A DNA stretch of 64,000 bases from Phycisphaerae bacterium (GCA_050115495.1 JASFQK010000018.1:66429-130428), one strand, 5' to 3'; positions 39,868 to 48,796 are shown, counted from the first letter of the stretch. Translations and numbers: made by a program. The notes: generated by a model not told the origin, from the letters alone.

Positions 39868-41478
39868 TCAGGGCTCGGGCTGCGCTTCATCGGTCTCGTC
39901 GGCCTCGGCGCCGAGTTCGTCGACGGCCTCGTTAACTGGTACACCCTGCATCGACGCGGGCTGGGAGGTGCCGGGCGCGGGCATCGACCGGGAGCGCGGC
40001 AGGGGGCGGTCGCCGTTCAGGAAGAAGGGCAGATCCAGTCCTCGCCAATCGACCCCGCTGTCAGCCCACAGCGTGTACTGCCCGCCGTCGTCCTCGCCGT
40101 TCAGGCTGACGCTGTACAGCACTGGGGACGCCGCATCGGGCAGATAGCCCAGGGGGCGATCATCGGCGGCGAACGGATCACGGGGCACCGCCGGCAGGTA
40201 GTCCGGCACGAGTTCCGCCAGCGTCGCCGGCCGGTGCCCGTGGTCCAGCTCGTACAGCCGCATCGCCAACGCAGTGGCGGCCATGCGCTGCTCGGCCAGT
40301 ATGCGGTATTGGTTTCTCGGGGTCTGCTCCATGGTGGCGGCCAGCACCTGGCTCATGAAGTACACGGCGGTCTTCCAGGGGGAGGACGGCCCGGTGTCCG
40401 GCGGAGGTGGCAGCAACGCCTGACCGGCCGGCCAGTTCGGTGCCGAACCAGCCTCGGCCACCTGCGTATAACTGGTGATCACCCGCACGGCGTCCAGCTT
40501 CCACGCGGGTCCGAGCAGCGTCGCGGCGATCCGGCCATACAGCCCCGGTAGTGCCGGCATTCCGCCGGCACTCGCCCACCCGGGCAGCGTGCCGTCGATG
40601 AGACATTGGACACTGTCGATTTGCATCAAACGCTCACCGTAGATCGCCTGTCGCCAGCGGGCGTGCCACGGCTCGTCATCCAGGAGCGTCGCCACCAGCG
40701 CCTCGACGTCCTTGCGGTCGGCGGGCACGATGCCCGCGGGCACCTGGGCTCCGCCACCGCTGATGCGCAGGTCCGGCGTAATCAGTTCGATCGTCCGTAC
40801 CGTGCTGCTCTCCATCGCCACGCAGACGAAGTACGTGATGAGGCAGGGCTCATAGTCGGCCAGGTGCCGGACGTGGGCCTCCTTGTCGCGGACCAGCGTC
40901 AACGCGGCCGCATCGTCGCCGGCGAGGTGCCGCTCCGCCGCCGCGACGCTCGTCAAGTAGGCTAGCTGGCGCTGACCGGACAAGTCGGGCAGGAGGATGT
41001 TGATGATCGGCGATTTCAGGACGACGCCCCAATTGGCGCGGGGCCGGGCACAGCCCTCGCGGAAGTCGGCGAGCGCGGACTCGTTGGCCGCCAGCAGGTC
41101 CTGCAATTCCTGCGGATGTTCGCGCGCGATTTGCGGCAACGACTGCCAGTCGCGCAGGTCGACCGCTCCCTTCCGCGTGACGACCGCTGCCACGGCCTGC
41201 CGGAGCGGCAGTGCCGCGTTCTCGACGTCGCGAACGGGCTCAACGGCGAAGTCCTCGATCAGCACCGGCTGGCCAGCGGCCCGGTACGCGGCAATCGCCC
41301 CCTGAAACCGCGACTCGGCCAGGTGCGCCCACCACACGTGCACGCCGATGCCGACGACCAGCACCACGCCGCCGACAATCGAAAACCACCGCAGCCACAC
41401 ATACCGCGGCGGAATCGGCCGCGTCTCGTCCGCGCCAGTTACGTCTTCCGCCGGCGATGTGGGCATTCCCTCGCTCAT
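39868..41478 (-). CDS. Array paralog 3
   Basis: Colinear with paralogs 1 and 2. Confidence 0.8.
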   Translation of the reverse strand: MSEGMPTSPAEDVTGADETRPIPPRYVWLRWFSIVGGVVLVVGIGVHVWWAHLAESRFQGAIAAYRAAGQPVLIEDFAVEPVRDVENAALPLRQAVAAVVTRKGAVDLRDWQSLPQIAREHPQELQDLLAANESALADFREGCARPRANWGVVLKSPIINILLPDLSGQRQLAYLTSVAAAERHLAGDDAAALTLVRDKEAHVRHLADYEPCLITYFVCVAMESSTVRTIELITPDLRISGGGAQVPAGIVPADRKDVEALVATLLDDEPWHARWRQAIYGERLMQIDSVQCLIDGTLPGWASAGGMPALPGLYGRIAATLLGPAWKLDAVRVITSYTQVAEAGSAPNWPAGQALLPPPPDTGPSSPWKTAVYFMSQVLAATMEQTPRNQYRILAEQRMAATALAMRLYELDHGHRPATLAELVPDYLPAVPRDPFAADDRPLGYLPDAASPVLYSVSLNGEDDGGQYTLWADSGVDWRGLDLPFFLNGDRPLPRSRSMPAPGTSQPASMQGVPVNEAVDELGAEADETDEAQPEP

Positions 41479-41595
41479 GCCCGCTAGTGTCCCTCGTTCG
41501 GACGAGAAGCGAAACCCCTGCCGTTAGCAACCGGGCTCCGTACCGGATGTCTCTCGTAGCGGCCGGTCTCCGTGCCGGCCGTCTTTCGCGGGCCA

Positions 41596-41783
41596 TCAGC
41601 CGTCAGCCTTGAGCCTTGAGCCTTGAGCCTTGAGCCTTGAGCCGGAGGCGACGGGCCGGTCTCGAATCTCAAACCTCAGATTCCAGATCCCCACGCGATG
41701 TGTCGTGCCCCGTCGATTGCCAAGGCACGCCCGTCCTCGCCCCTTCTGACTTCTGAATTCTGACTCCTGACTCCTCTCTTCCG
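41596..41783 (+). repeat. Composite heptamer-flanked MITE-like element, copy 3
   Basis: About five AGCCTTG units, linker, ATCTC(A/G)x units, core, then CTGACT(T/C) units. Confidence 0.8.
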
Positions 41784-43280
41784 CTACGGCTTCCGATTCA
41801 TCGGCCGCTGACCGTCCAGGAAGAAGGGCAGATCCAGCTCCTCCTCGTCGATCTCGCCGCTCCGGTCGAACGCGAACCGCCCCCCGTCATCCACACCATT
41901 GACGGCAGTGCTGTACAGCACTGGCGGATCGGCGTCGGGCAGATAAACCAGCGGGCGATCGTCGGCCGCGAACGGATCGCGTGGCACGGCCGGCAGGTAG
42001 TTGGGCACGAGCTCGGCCAGCGTCGCCGGCCGGCGGCCGTGGTCGATCTCATACAGTCGCAGCGCCAGCGCCGTCGCCGCCATCCGCCGCTCGGCCAGGG
42101 TGACGAACTGACTCGACAGCGTTCCGCGGAGCGCAGGGACGAACATTATGCTGAACAGGCGCGACACCTGTTCCGGCAGCGACTCCTCGCCGGTGAACAG
42201 CGGTGGCGGCAGAAGGGCCTCGCCGGCCGGCCAGTTCGGCGCCGCCCCGGCCTCGGCGAGCGCCGAGGAGTTGGCCATGATCCGGACGGCATCCAGCTTC
42301 CACGCCGGCATGAGCAGCTTCGCCGGGCTGAGTTCCGCCAACGCAGCCACTGGAGATCGCCACGAACGAGAGAGGCCTGCCATGGGTCGCGGGGTGTTCA
42401 CGATGTACAGGATCGTGTCTATTTGAGACAGACGCTCGCCGCAGAACGCAAGGCGCCAGCCGGCGGGTACCCACTCCTCCTCCAGGAGCGCCGCCAGCAC
42501 GGCCTCTACGTCCTGTCGCGCCGCAGGCGTGCCGTCGGCGCCTCCCTCCGTCGCGGCGCCGGCGATCCGCAGGTCGGGTGCGGCCTGCTCGATGGTGGTC
42601 ACCACGAGGTGCTCGATACTGATGTGTATGAGGTGCGCGAGGAGGAACGGGCCGACCTCGCCGACATGCCGGCCGTGAGCCTGCATATCCCGCAGCCGAG
42701 CCACGACCGCCGCATCGTCGCCAGCGGCATGATGCTGACGGGCGTCGAGGGTGCCCAAGCGGGCCAGTTTTTGCTGGGAAAACACCGACGGCCACGTGAC
42801 ATTGTACATCGGCGACGCCAGCACGACGCCCCAGTCGGCGCGCGGCCGGCTGCACGCTTCGTGGTACAGGGCCAGCACCGCCTCGTTCGCCGCCAGCAGG
42901 TCGTGCAACTCCTGCGCGTGGTCGCGGGCGAATTGCGGATCGGCCAGGAAATCGCCCATGTAGACCTTCCCCACCTTCGCGACCACGTCCGCCGCGGCCT
43001 TCTCCAGCAGCGGTGCGGCGTTCTCGTCGTCAGGAACCGTTTCCATGACGAAGTCTTTGACCAGCACCGGCTCGCCGGCGGCTCGGTACATCGCAATCGC
43101 CGCCTGAAGACGCGATTCGGCCAAACGACCCCAGCACACTTGCACCCCGATGGCGATGGCCACCAGCACCACGCCCAGCACCACAAATCGTCGCAGCCAG
43201 ACATATCGCGGCGGAATCGGCCGTGCTTCGTCGGGGCACTCCACTTTCCCCGCCCGTGGTGTGGGGGTTCCCTCGCTCAT
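41784..43280 (-). CDS. Array paralog 4 (most divergent; lacks the acidic tail)
   Basis: MSEGTPT, VPDDENAA, ALRLYEIDHGRRPATLAELVPNYLPAVPRDPF; ends LPFFLDGQRPMNRKP. Confidence 0.8.
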   Translation of the reverse strand: MSEGTPTPRAGKVECPDEARPIPPRYVWLRRFVVLGVVLVAIAIGVQVCWGRLAESRLQAAIAMYRAAGEPVLVKDFVMETVPDDENAAPLLEKAAADVVAKVGKVYMGDFLADPQFARDHAQELHDLLAANEAVLALYHEACSRPRADWGVVLASPMYNVTWPSVFSQQKLARLGTLDARQHHAAGDDAAVVARLRDMQAHGRHVGEVGPFLLAHLIHISIEHLVVTTIEQAAPDLRIAGAATEGGADGTPAARQDVEAVLAALLEEEWVPAGWRLAFCGERLSQIDTILYIVNTPRPMAGLSRSWRSPVAALAELSPAKLLMPAWKLDAVRIMANSSALAEAGAAPNWPAGEALLPPPLFTGEESLPEQVSRLFSIMFVPALRGTLSSQFVTLAERRMAATALALRLYEIDHGRRPATLAELVPNYLPAVPRDPFAADDRPLVYLPDADPPVLYSTAVNGVDDGGRFAFDRSGEIDEEELDLPFFLDGQRPMNRKP

Positions 43281-43329
43281 GCCCGCCAGTGTCCCTCATC
43301 CGGCGGAGAAGCGAAACCCCTCGCGCAAG

Positions 43330-43512
43330 CCGTCAGCTCTCAGCCTTGAGCCCTGAGCCTTGAGCCGGAGGCCCGTCCGGGCCCCCAATTTCAAATCTGA
43401 AATCTCGAATCTCAGATCCCCACGCTATGTGCCGCCCCCTGTCGGTCGTCGAGGCACACACGCCCTCGCGCCTTCTGACTCCTGATTCCTGACTTCCGTT
43501 TCCCTTCTCCCC
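43330..43512 (+). repeat. Composite heptamer-flanked MITE-like element, copy 4
   Basis: Same block order as copy 3; core GATCCCCACGCTATG. Confidence 0.75.
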
Positions 43513-43744
43513 GGCGGTTTCCCGTCACTTCCGCGTTTTTTTGCGAAGTCCACGCCCGAACGACGCGTTTTCGGTGAGCGGATGGGGTTTGGGCCGCTGG
43601 CCGCCGGTCGGGGGGCCGGCGGCGACAGCCCGGTTGTCCCCCCGTTTGGGGCCAACCCGCTCTCTGGATGAGAGTCAGACGAGACAGACCTCCGACGCGC
43701 TGTGCGCGGAGACATATGCGGGTGCACCTTAGGAGAGTGAGACC

Positions 43745-45109
43745 ATGAGACACCATTTTATAACCTTGCTGCTGATGCTGGCCCTACCTCTGTTCCTGGC
43801 GCCGACGACCGGCTGTGCCATCCTTTTCCCGGACCTGTTCTCCTGGGTGGACGGCACCACCGACGGCGACGGAACAACGGACGGGGACGGCACCACCGAC
43901 GGTGATGGCACGACGGACGGCGACGGCACGACCGACGGTGACGGCACCACCGACGGCGACGGCACGTTCACCATCGTCAAGACGGACATCCCCGTCCGCT
44001 TCGACAGCGCTCTCCGCGTCGGCGACGACCTCATCGCCTTCGGTACCGGCACCCTGACCGGCGTCTCCTACATCATCCCGTCGCAGGCCCCCACGACCGG
44101 CACCGCCGTTACCGAGAGCGAGCTCTACCGCAGCAGCGCGTTCACCGTCGGCGGCGACACGATCTTCCTCGTCGGCAGCAACACCGGCGCGTATGCCTTC
44201 CAGGTGCACGTCTTCGACGTACCGACGCAGACCCGGACCATCTTCGGCGAGGGCGACATCCGCCTGGCCCGCATCCCGGCCAGCGAAGAGGACGTCGGTA
44301 ACATCCAGGCCGACGGCGACTACTGCGCCGTTGTCTGTGACGCCACCACGGTCACCGATGGCAAGCTCATCAAGGTGATCGACGTCAGCGGCACCACGCC
44401 GGCGGTCATCTCCTTCGCCACCAATCCAGCCAGCTCCGGCTTCGGCGTCCAGCAGGTCGCGGTCAACGCTGCCACCAAGACCGTTGTGGCCGTGGCCGAC
44501 GACACGTTCTTCATCTACGACATCGATAACCCGGCGACCGCCCCTGTCGAGATCGCCTCGCCCAACGGCGTTGGCGACGTTCAGATGCGGATGAACGGCA
44601 ACTACATCATCGCTCTCGACGACCAGAACTACCCCGAGGCGATTCTCGTCGATCTGACCACCAACTCGATCGTCGAGCTGACCGACGCGTTCGCCCTCTT
44701 CCAGGTCGACATCGGCACGAACCTCTTCACGTTCTTCGCCGACGCCGACGCCGACGACAGCGTGGGCGGCTCGCAGCGCGACGCCGTCGGCACGCTGCCC
44801 GGTCCGGGCTTCACCAAGGTGGCCCTCGACCAGTACATCGACGGCTCGACCACCAACAACGGGCTGCGCGGCTTCGCCGGCAGCCTCTGCATGGTCCCCG
44901 ACGATAGCTACATCTTCCTGTCCGACTCGTACCTCCAGTACAGCCCGGGCACCACGGCGTTCACCGTGCCGGCTGACCCGGAGGGCTTGGACACGTACGG
45001 CTGTCCGGCGTGGGACGTCGTCACCAGCCTGAACACGGTCGGCTTCAAGACCGCCAATACCAATAGCGACAGCTCGGACACGACGGTCGGCTACATCATC
45101 CTGCCATAA
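43745..45109 (+). CDS. Lipoprotein with (DGTTDG)x6 linker and beta-rich domain
   Basis: Lipobox TTGC; acidic Thr-rich beta-strand pattern; strong codon bias. Confidence 0.8.
   Translation: MRHHFITLLLMLALPLFLAPTTGCAILFPDLFSWVDGTTDGDGTTDGDGTTDGDGTTDGDGTTDGDGTTDGDGTFTIVKTDIPVRFDSALRVGDDLIAFGTGTLTGVSYIIPSQAPTTGTAVTESELYRSSAFTVGGDTIFLVGSNTGAYAFQVHVFDVPTQTRTIFGEGDIRLARIPASEEDVGNIQADGDYCAVVCDATTVTDGKLIKVIDVSGTTPAVISFATNPASSGFGVQQVAVNAATKTVVAVADDTFFIYDIDNPATAPVEIASPNGVGDVQMRMNGNYIIALDDQNYPEAILVDLTTNSIVELTDAFALFQVDIGTNLFTFFADADADDSVGGSQRDAVGTLPGPGFTKVALDQYIDGSTTNNGLRGFAGSLCMVPDDSYIFLSDSYLQYSPGTTAFTVPADPEGLDTYGCPAWDVVTSLNTVGFKTANTNSDSSDTTVGYIILP
43850..43966 (+). repeat. In-frame 18-bp tandem repeat (6.5 units) encoding DGTTDG
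   Basis: Units differ only at synonymous positions. Confidence 0.9.
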
Positions 45110-45178
45110 GCTCCCCCGCTGGCCGTGCCGGCGGCGCCAACCGGTACCGTCGTGCACGGCCAGTCGTCATAAACCACC

Positions 45179-45220
45179 AGCGGCGGAGGCGTCCGGAAGG
45201 GCGATGCCTCCGCCGCCGCT
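45179..45220 (+). terminator. Hairpin after the lipoprotein gene
   Basis: GCGGCGGAGGC...GCCTCCGCCGC inverted repeat. Confidence 0.45.
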
Positions 45221-45276
45221 CACTTGGCCAATGGCGCCAGCTTGCCCGTGACGCCGGCGCCGGCGATCATGCCCAC

Positions 45277-45729
45277 ATGTTCAAGCGTGATTACGAACGT
45301 ATCGCCGCGGGGCTGTCATTGGCAGGGGACCGCCAGGAACGCATGCAGGCCGCCGTCGACGCCCTGTGGGCCGGGCTGAAGGCCGCCAGCGTGTCCTGGG
45401 TCGGCTTCTACCTGCCGGAGGGCGAAGAGGGGCTCGTCCTCGGTCCCCGGCGGGACAAACCGGCGTGCTCGCCGATCGGCCTCCACGGCGTCTGCGGGCA
45501 GGCCTACCTGCAACGCCGGCCGATCGTCGTGCGGGACGTCCGAGAACTGGGCGAGAGCTACGTCGCCTGCGATCCCCGCGACCTGGCGGAGGTCGTCGTC
45601 CCGCTGTTGGATGAGGCGGGCGACTGCTGGGCCGTCCTCGACCTGGACAGCCACGAAGTGGGGGCTTTCAGCGACGCAGACGTCTCCGGCCTCCAAACCG
45701 TCCTCCGCGCCGCCGACCTGACGGCGTAG
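45277..45729 (+). CDS. GAF-domain protein (free methionine-R-sulfoxide reductase-like)
   Basis: SWVGFY, LVLGP, PAC..I..GVCG, YVACD, EVVVP, VLDLDS. Confidence 0.8.
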   Translation: MFKRDYERIAAGLSLAGDRQERMQAAVDALWAGLKAASVSWVGFYLPEGEEGLVLGPRRDKPACSPIGLHGVCGQAYLQRRPIVVRDVRELGESYVACDPRDLAEVVVPLLDEAGDCWAVLDLDSHEVGAFSDADVSGLQTVLRAADLTA

Positions 45730-45811
45730 CCCGTCGCCCGCCACAAACGTCCCAATAATGTGTCGTCCGACGCCCGATTCGGCGGGTAGGCTGGACAGCG
45801 GTACCTGGGGT

Positions 45812-45848
45812 ATGCATAATTGTCCAAATATTTTGGACGTTCTTGCAT
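45812..45848. promoter_or_regulatory. Inverted-repeat operator, probable AbiEi autoregulation site
   Basis: ATGCATAATTGTCCAAA-TAT-TTTGGACGTTCTTGCAT: imperfect 17-bp arms overlapping the antitoxin ATG. Confidence 0.65.
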
Positions 45849-46455
45849 GGCCTATCGCAGCACACACCAGGCTCGCCGAACACTGGCGGATATCGCCGCC
45901 GGCCAGGGTGGCTACTTCACCGCGAAGCAGGCTGCAGACGCTGGCTACGGCCGGCGGCACATCGTCTACCACGTGAAGGCCGGCAACTTCGAGCGCGTCG
46001 AGCGCGGCCTCTTCCGGCTGCCGACCGTAGCGCTGTCGGCGCATGATGACCTCATCCGTCTGAGCCTTTGGAGTCGGGGACGCGACGATCAACCGCAAGC
46101 CGTCGTGTCGCACGAAACTGCCCTGGGCGTTCATGAGATGGGCGATCTGCTGCCCGAGTGGATTCACCTGACGGTGCCGCGGTCGTTCCGGAAACGCCCA
46201 CCGCGCGTGTGCCGACTGCACAGGGCGAACCTGCTGGCCCACGAGGTCGAGCAGCGCGAAGGATTCCGCCTCACGACGCCGCTCCGCACCGTGCTCGATG
46301 TGGCCGAGGGGGATGCCGTGACTCAGGACCAGCTCGAGGTGATCGTCAGGCAAGCGAGGGCCGCCGGGCTGCTCAGGGCGAGCCAGATCAAGGCGGTAGT
46401 GTCAGGGCTGCCGGCGGATTCACGGCTCGCTCGCGTGTTCGGCAAGGGGGAGTGA
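45847..46455 (+). CDS. Type IV TA antitoxin (AbiEi family)
   Basis: QGGYFTAKQA, FERVERGLFRL, VVSHETAL, IHLTVP, TTPLRTVLD. Confidence 0.88.
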   Translation: MAYRSTHQARRTLADIAAGQGGYFTAKQAADAGYGRRHIVYHVKAGNFERVERGLFRLPTVALSAHDDLIRLSLWSRGRDDQPQAVVSHETALGVHEMGDLLPEWIHLTVPRSFRKRPPRVCRLHRANLLAHEVEQREGFRLTTPLRTVLDVAEGDAVTQDQLEVIVRQARAAGLLRASQIKAVVSGLPADSRLARVFGKGE

Positions 46456-46462
46456 CGAGCAC

Positions 46463-47340
46463 ATGGCCAGGACGTTCAGCAGCCCGACTGCGTTTCGACA
46501 AGCACTCGAACGCCGCTTGAAGACGATGGCGGAGGAACGGGCCGTTCCGCTTAACACACTTCGACTCAAGCTACTCATCGAGCGTCTGCTCGCCCGGCTC
46601 TTCGCCAGGGACGACTGCCGATGGCTGCTCAAGGGCGGGTACTCGATGGAACTGCGTTACCGCCCGAAAGCCCGCACCACGAAGGACATTGATCTGACCG
46701 TCGAGGCATTTGATGTGGAAGTGAGCCTGCCAGCCCGGCTCACGCAGATCCGCGAGGCGTTGCAGGAAGCCGCGGACGTTGATCTTGGGGATTACCTCAC
46801 GTTTCGCATCGCCTCTGCCCGCACCGAGCTTCAAGGCGCCCCGCTGGGAGGGGCGCGGTTTCCGGTCGAGGCGCTGATGGCCGGCCGCCGGTTCGGCAGC
46901 TTCCACGTTGACGTCGGCATCGGGGACGCTCTGCATGGGACGCCGGAGCGGCTGCGCGGCGACGACTGGCTCGCCTTCGCGGACGTGGGTCCCGCCGAAG
47001 TGCTGGCGATTCCGAGAGCCCAGCAGTTCGCCGAGAAGATCCACGCCTACGCCCGCCCGTGGATGGATCGGCGGAACTCGCGCAGCCGTGATCTGATCGA
47101 TCTGTTACTGCTGCTCGAACGTGGCGCTCTGGCGCCCGACGATGTCCGCGCGGCGCTGCGGGGGACCTTCACCGCACGCAAAACGCACGATATCCCGCCG
47201 ACACTGCCGGCGCCCCCGCTGAATGGGACTCCGAGTTCGCCGCGATGGCCCGTGAAGTGGGTCTCTCCGCGAATGATCTGCGCGATGGGTTCGCGCTGCT
47301 CAACGCTTGGTGGACCACGCATAAGCTCGGCGAAGGGTAG
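46463..47340 (+). pseudogene. AbiEii nucleotidyltransferase toxin with apparent 1-nt deletion at C-run 47213-47217
   Basis: LLKGG, RTTKDID, FAEKIHA, RSRDLID. The expected C-terminus (AEWDSEFAAMAREVGL...KLGEG*) lies in another frame ending at TAG 47340. Confidence 0.78.
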
Positions 47341-47510
47341 GCGGACGCCTACTCAGGACGTGTGCGGCTGGGCGGGGCTGTCGTCATGTAAACCTTTTGA
47401 GTGGGCTTACTTAAGTGTCTGTTGTTCCGGCCCCAGGGATAGCCCTCCACCTCCGATGCCCGTCACGCCGAAAGGAATAGGAGAGTCCGCAACTGGCACG
47501 GAGGCCGCAC

Positions 47511-48605
47511 ATGCCCACGCGAGCGGGCGTGATCCGCATCGGTTTGGCGATCCTGTTCGGGGTTGTCGCGGTTGCCGTCACGGCAACCGCGGGGATGCCG
47601 CACGCCATCGCCATCCCGGACGGCGTCACGCGCGAAATCATGCTCTTTGATGTTCGGACGGGCGAGTACGTGGGATGCCTGGCGCTGGGCGAGGTTGGCG
47701 AGGTCGATAGCCCGCTGGACTGCGCCCGCGGCCCCACCCTGTCGATCGAAGACGACGAATACCCCGACACCGTGCTCGTCAGCGACCTGACGCTTGGGTC
47801 GGTCTTCGCTATCGATCCGGACGATGGCACCGTGCTGAAGACGTTCCTCGCCGGCGTTGGCGCTCGCGGGCTGGCTTGCGACCCGGACGGCAAGCTGCTG
47901 GTCGCCGCCGGGACGGCAGGGGTGCTGGCCTACCAAGCCGATGGCACCCCCGCGGGCGTACGCATTGCGCCCAAGCCGGTCGACGGGCCTCGGAAAGCCT
48001 GGGACGTCCTCGTCCGTCGGGAGGTTGCCGGCGGGGACGGCGACCTACTCGTGGCTGATCCGTCGCTGGACCGGATTCTTCGTTTCGACCTCAACGGCAC
48101 GCGGTTGGGCATCTTCGCCGAGCTGCCGTCCTTCCGTTTCGTCGAGCAACTCGCCCTGTGCGCCAGCGGCAACGTGCTGGCGGTGGACACGCTCGGCGGA
48201 GCGGTGCACGAATTCGCCGAGGACGGGACCTGGCTGCGCGAGATCACGGTGACCCGCCCGCGGGGCGTGATCGAGCTGCTGAGCGGCGACCTGCTGGTGG
48301 CCAGCGAGGACGGCGTGCAGGTCTTCGACGGCGAAACGGGCGACCTGCTCGCCACGCCGATGGCCGGCTACCCCGTGAGCGCTCCCCGTTACGTGACCTT
48401 GCTGTACCGGCCCGGCGACATGACCGGCGACGGGATCATCAACAACTTCGACATCGGGCCGTTCGTCCTGGCCCTGACCAACCTCGAACGGTTCGCCGAG
48501 CTGTACCCGAGCGTCCACGGCCCGTTTGCGGGCGATGTGAACGGCGACGGCGTGTTCAACAACTTCGACATTGCGGCGTTTGTGGACGCTCTTCTGGGTG
48601 GTTAG
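47511..48605 (+). CDS. Secreted NHL/beta-propeller protein with C-terminal dockerin-like domain
   Basis: Signal peptide; propeller-like repeats (DPDGKLLVA, GDLLVAD, GNVLAVD); GDMTGDGIINNFDIGPF...GDVNGDGVFNNFDIAAF. Confidence 0.8.
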   Translation: MPTRAGVIRIGLAILFGVVAVAVTATAGMPHAIAIPDGVTREIMLFDVRTGEYVGCLALGEVGEVDSPLDCARGPTLSIEDDEYPDTVLVSDLTLGSVFAIDPDDGTVLKTFLAGVGARGLACDPDGKLLVAAGTAGVLAYQADGTPAGVRIAPKPVDGPRKAWDVLVRREVAGGDGDLLVADPSLDRILRFDLNGTRLGIFAELPSFRFVEQLALCASGNVLAVDTLGGAVHEFAEDGTWLREITVTRPRGVIELLSGDLLVASEDGVQVFDGETGDLLATPMAGYPVSAPRYVTLLYRPGDMTGDGIINNFDIGPFVLALTNLERFAELYPSVHGPFAGDVNGDGVFNNFDIAAFVDALLGG

Positions 48606-48796
48606 CCGGCCGGCTCAACCGCCGGGACGAGCGTTCCCGTGCGCGGTTACGGTCAATTGCCGGCCTGCCGCGGTGCCGTGACAAGTCGGGCCGGCTGTCA
48701 GATTGGCAGGCTGTCGACGAGAGCTTCGCGGACATGTCAATTCGTAACATGCTTTATATCAGTCATTTACGGCAAAACGCCCTCGCCGCTCGATAC

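Noticed and set aside
36337..43280. Diversity-generating retroelement, shufflon or integron explanation for the paralog array
   Set aside because: No reverse transcriptase, recombinase or integrase in the window; differences are not adenine-specific; all copies are full-length and co-oriented; no attC-like sites recognised.
47494..47509. Sigma-54-like TGGCACGGAGGCCGCA before the propeller-dockerin gene
   Set aside because: Lacks the TT of the -12 box and lies too close to the ATG at 47511 unless the true start is further downstream.
47341..47650. Extended AbiEii C-terminus from the ORF track (395 aa)
   Set aside because: Results from the frameshift at 47213-47217 and overlaps the next gene.
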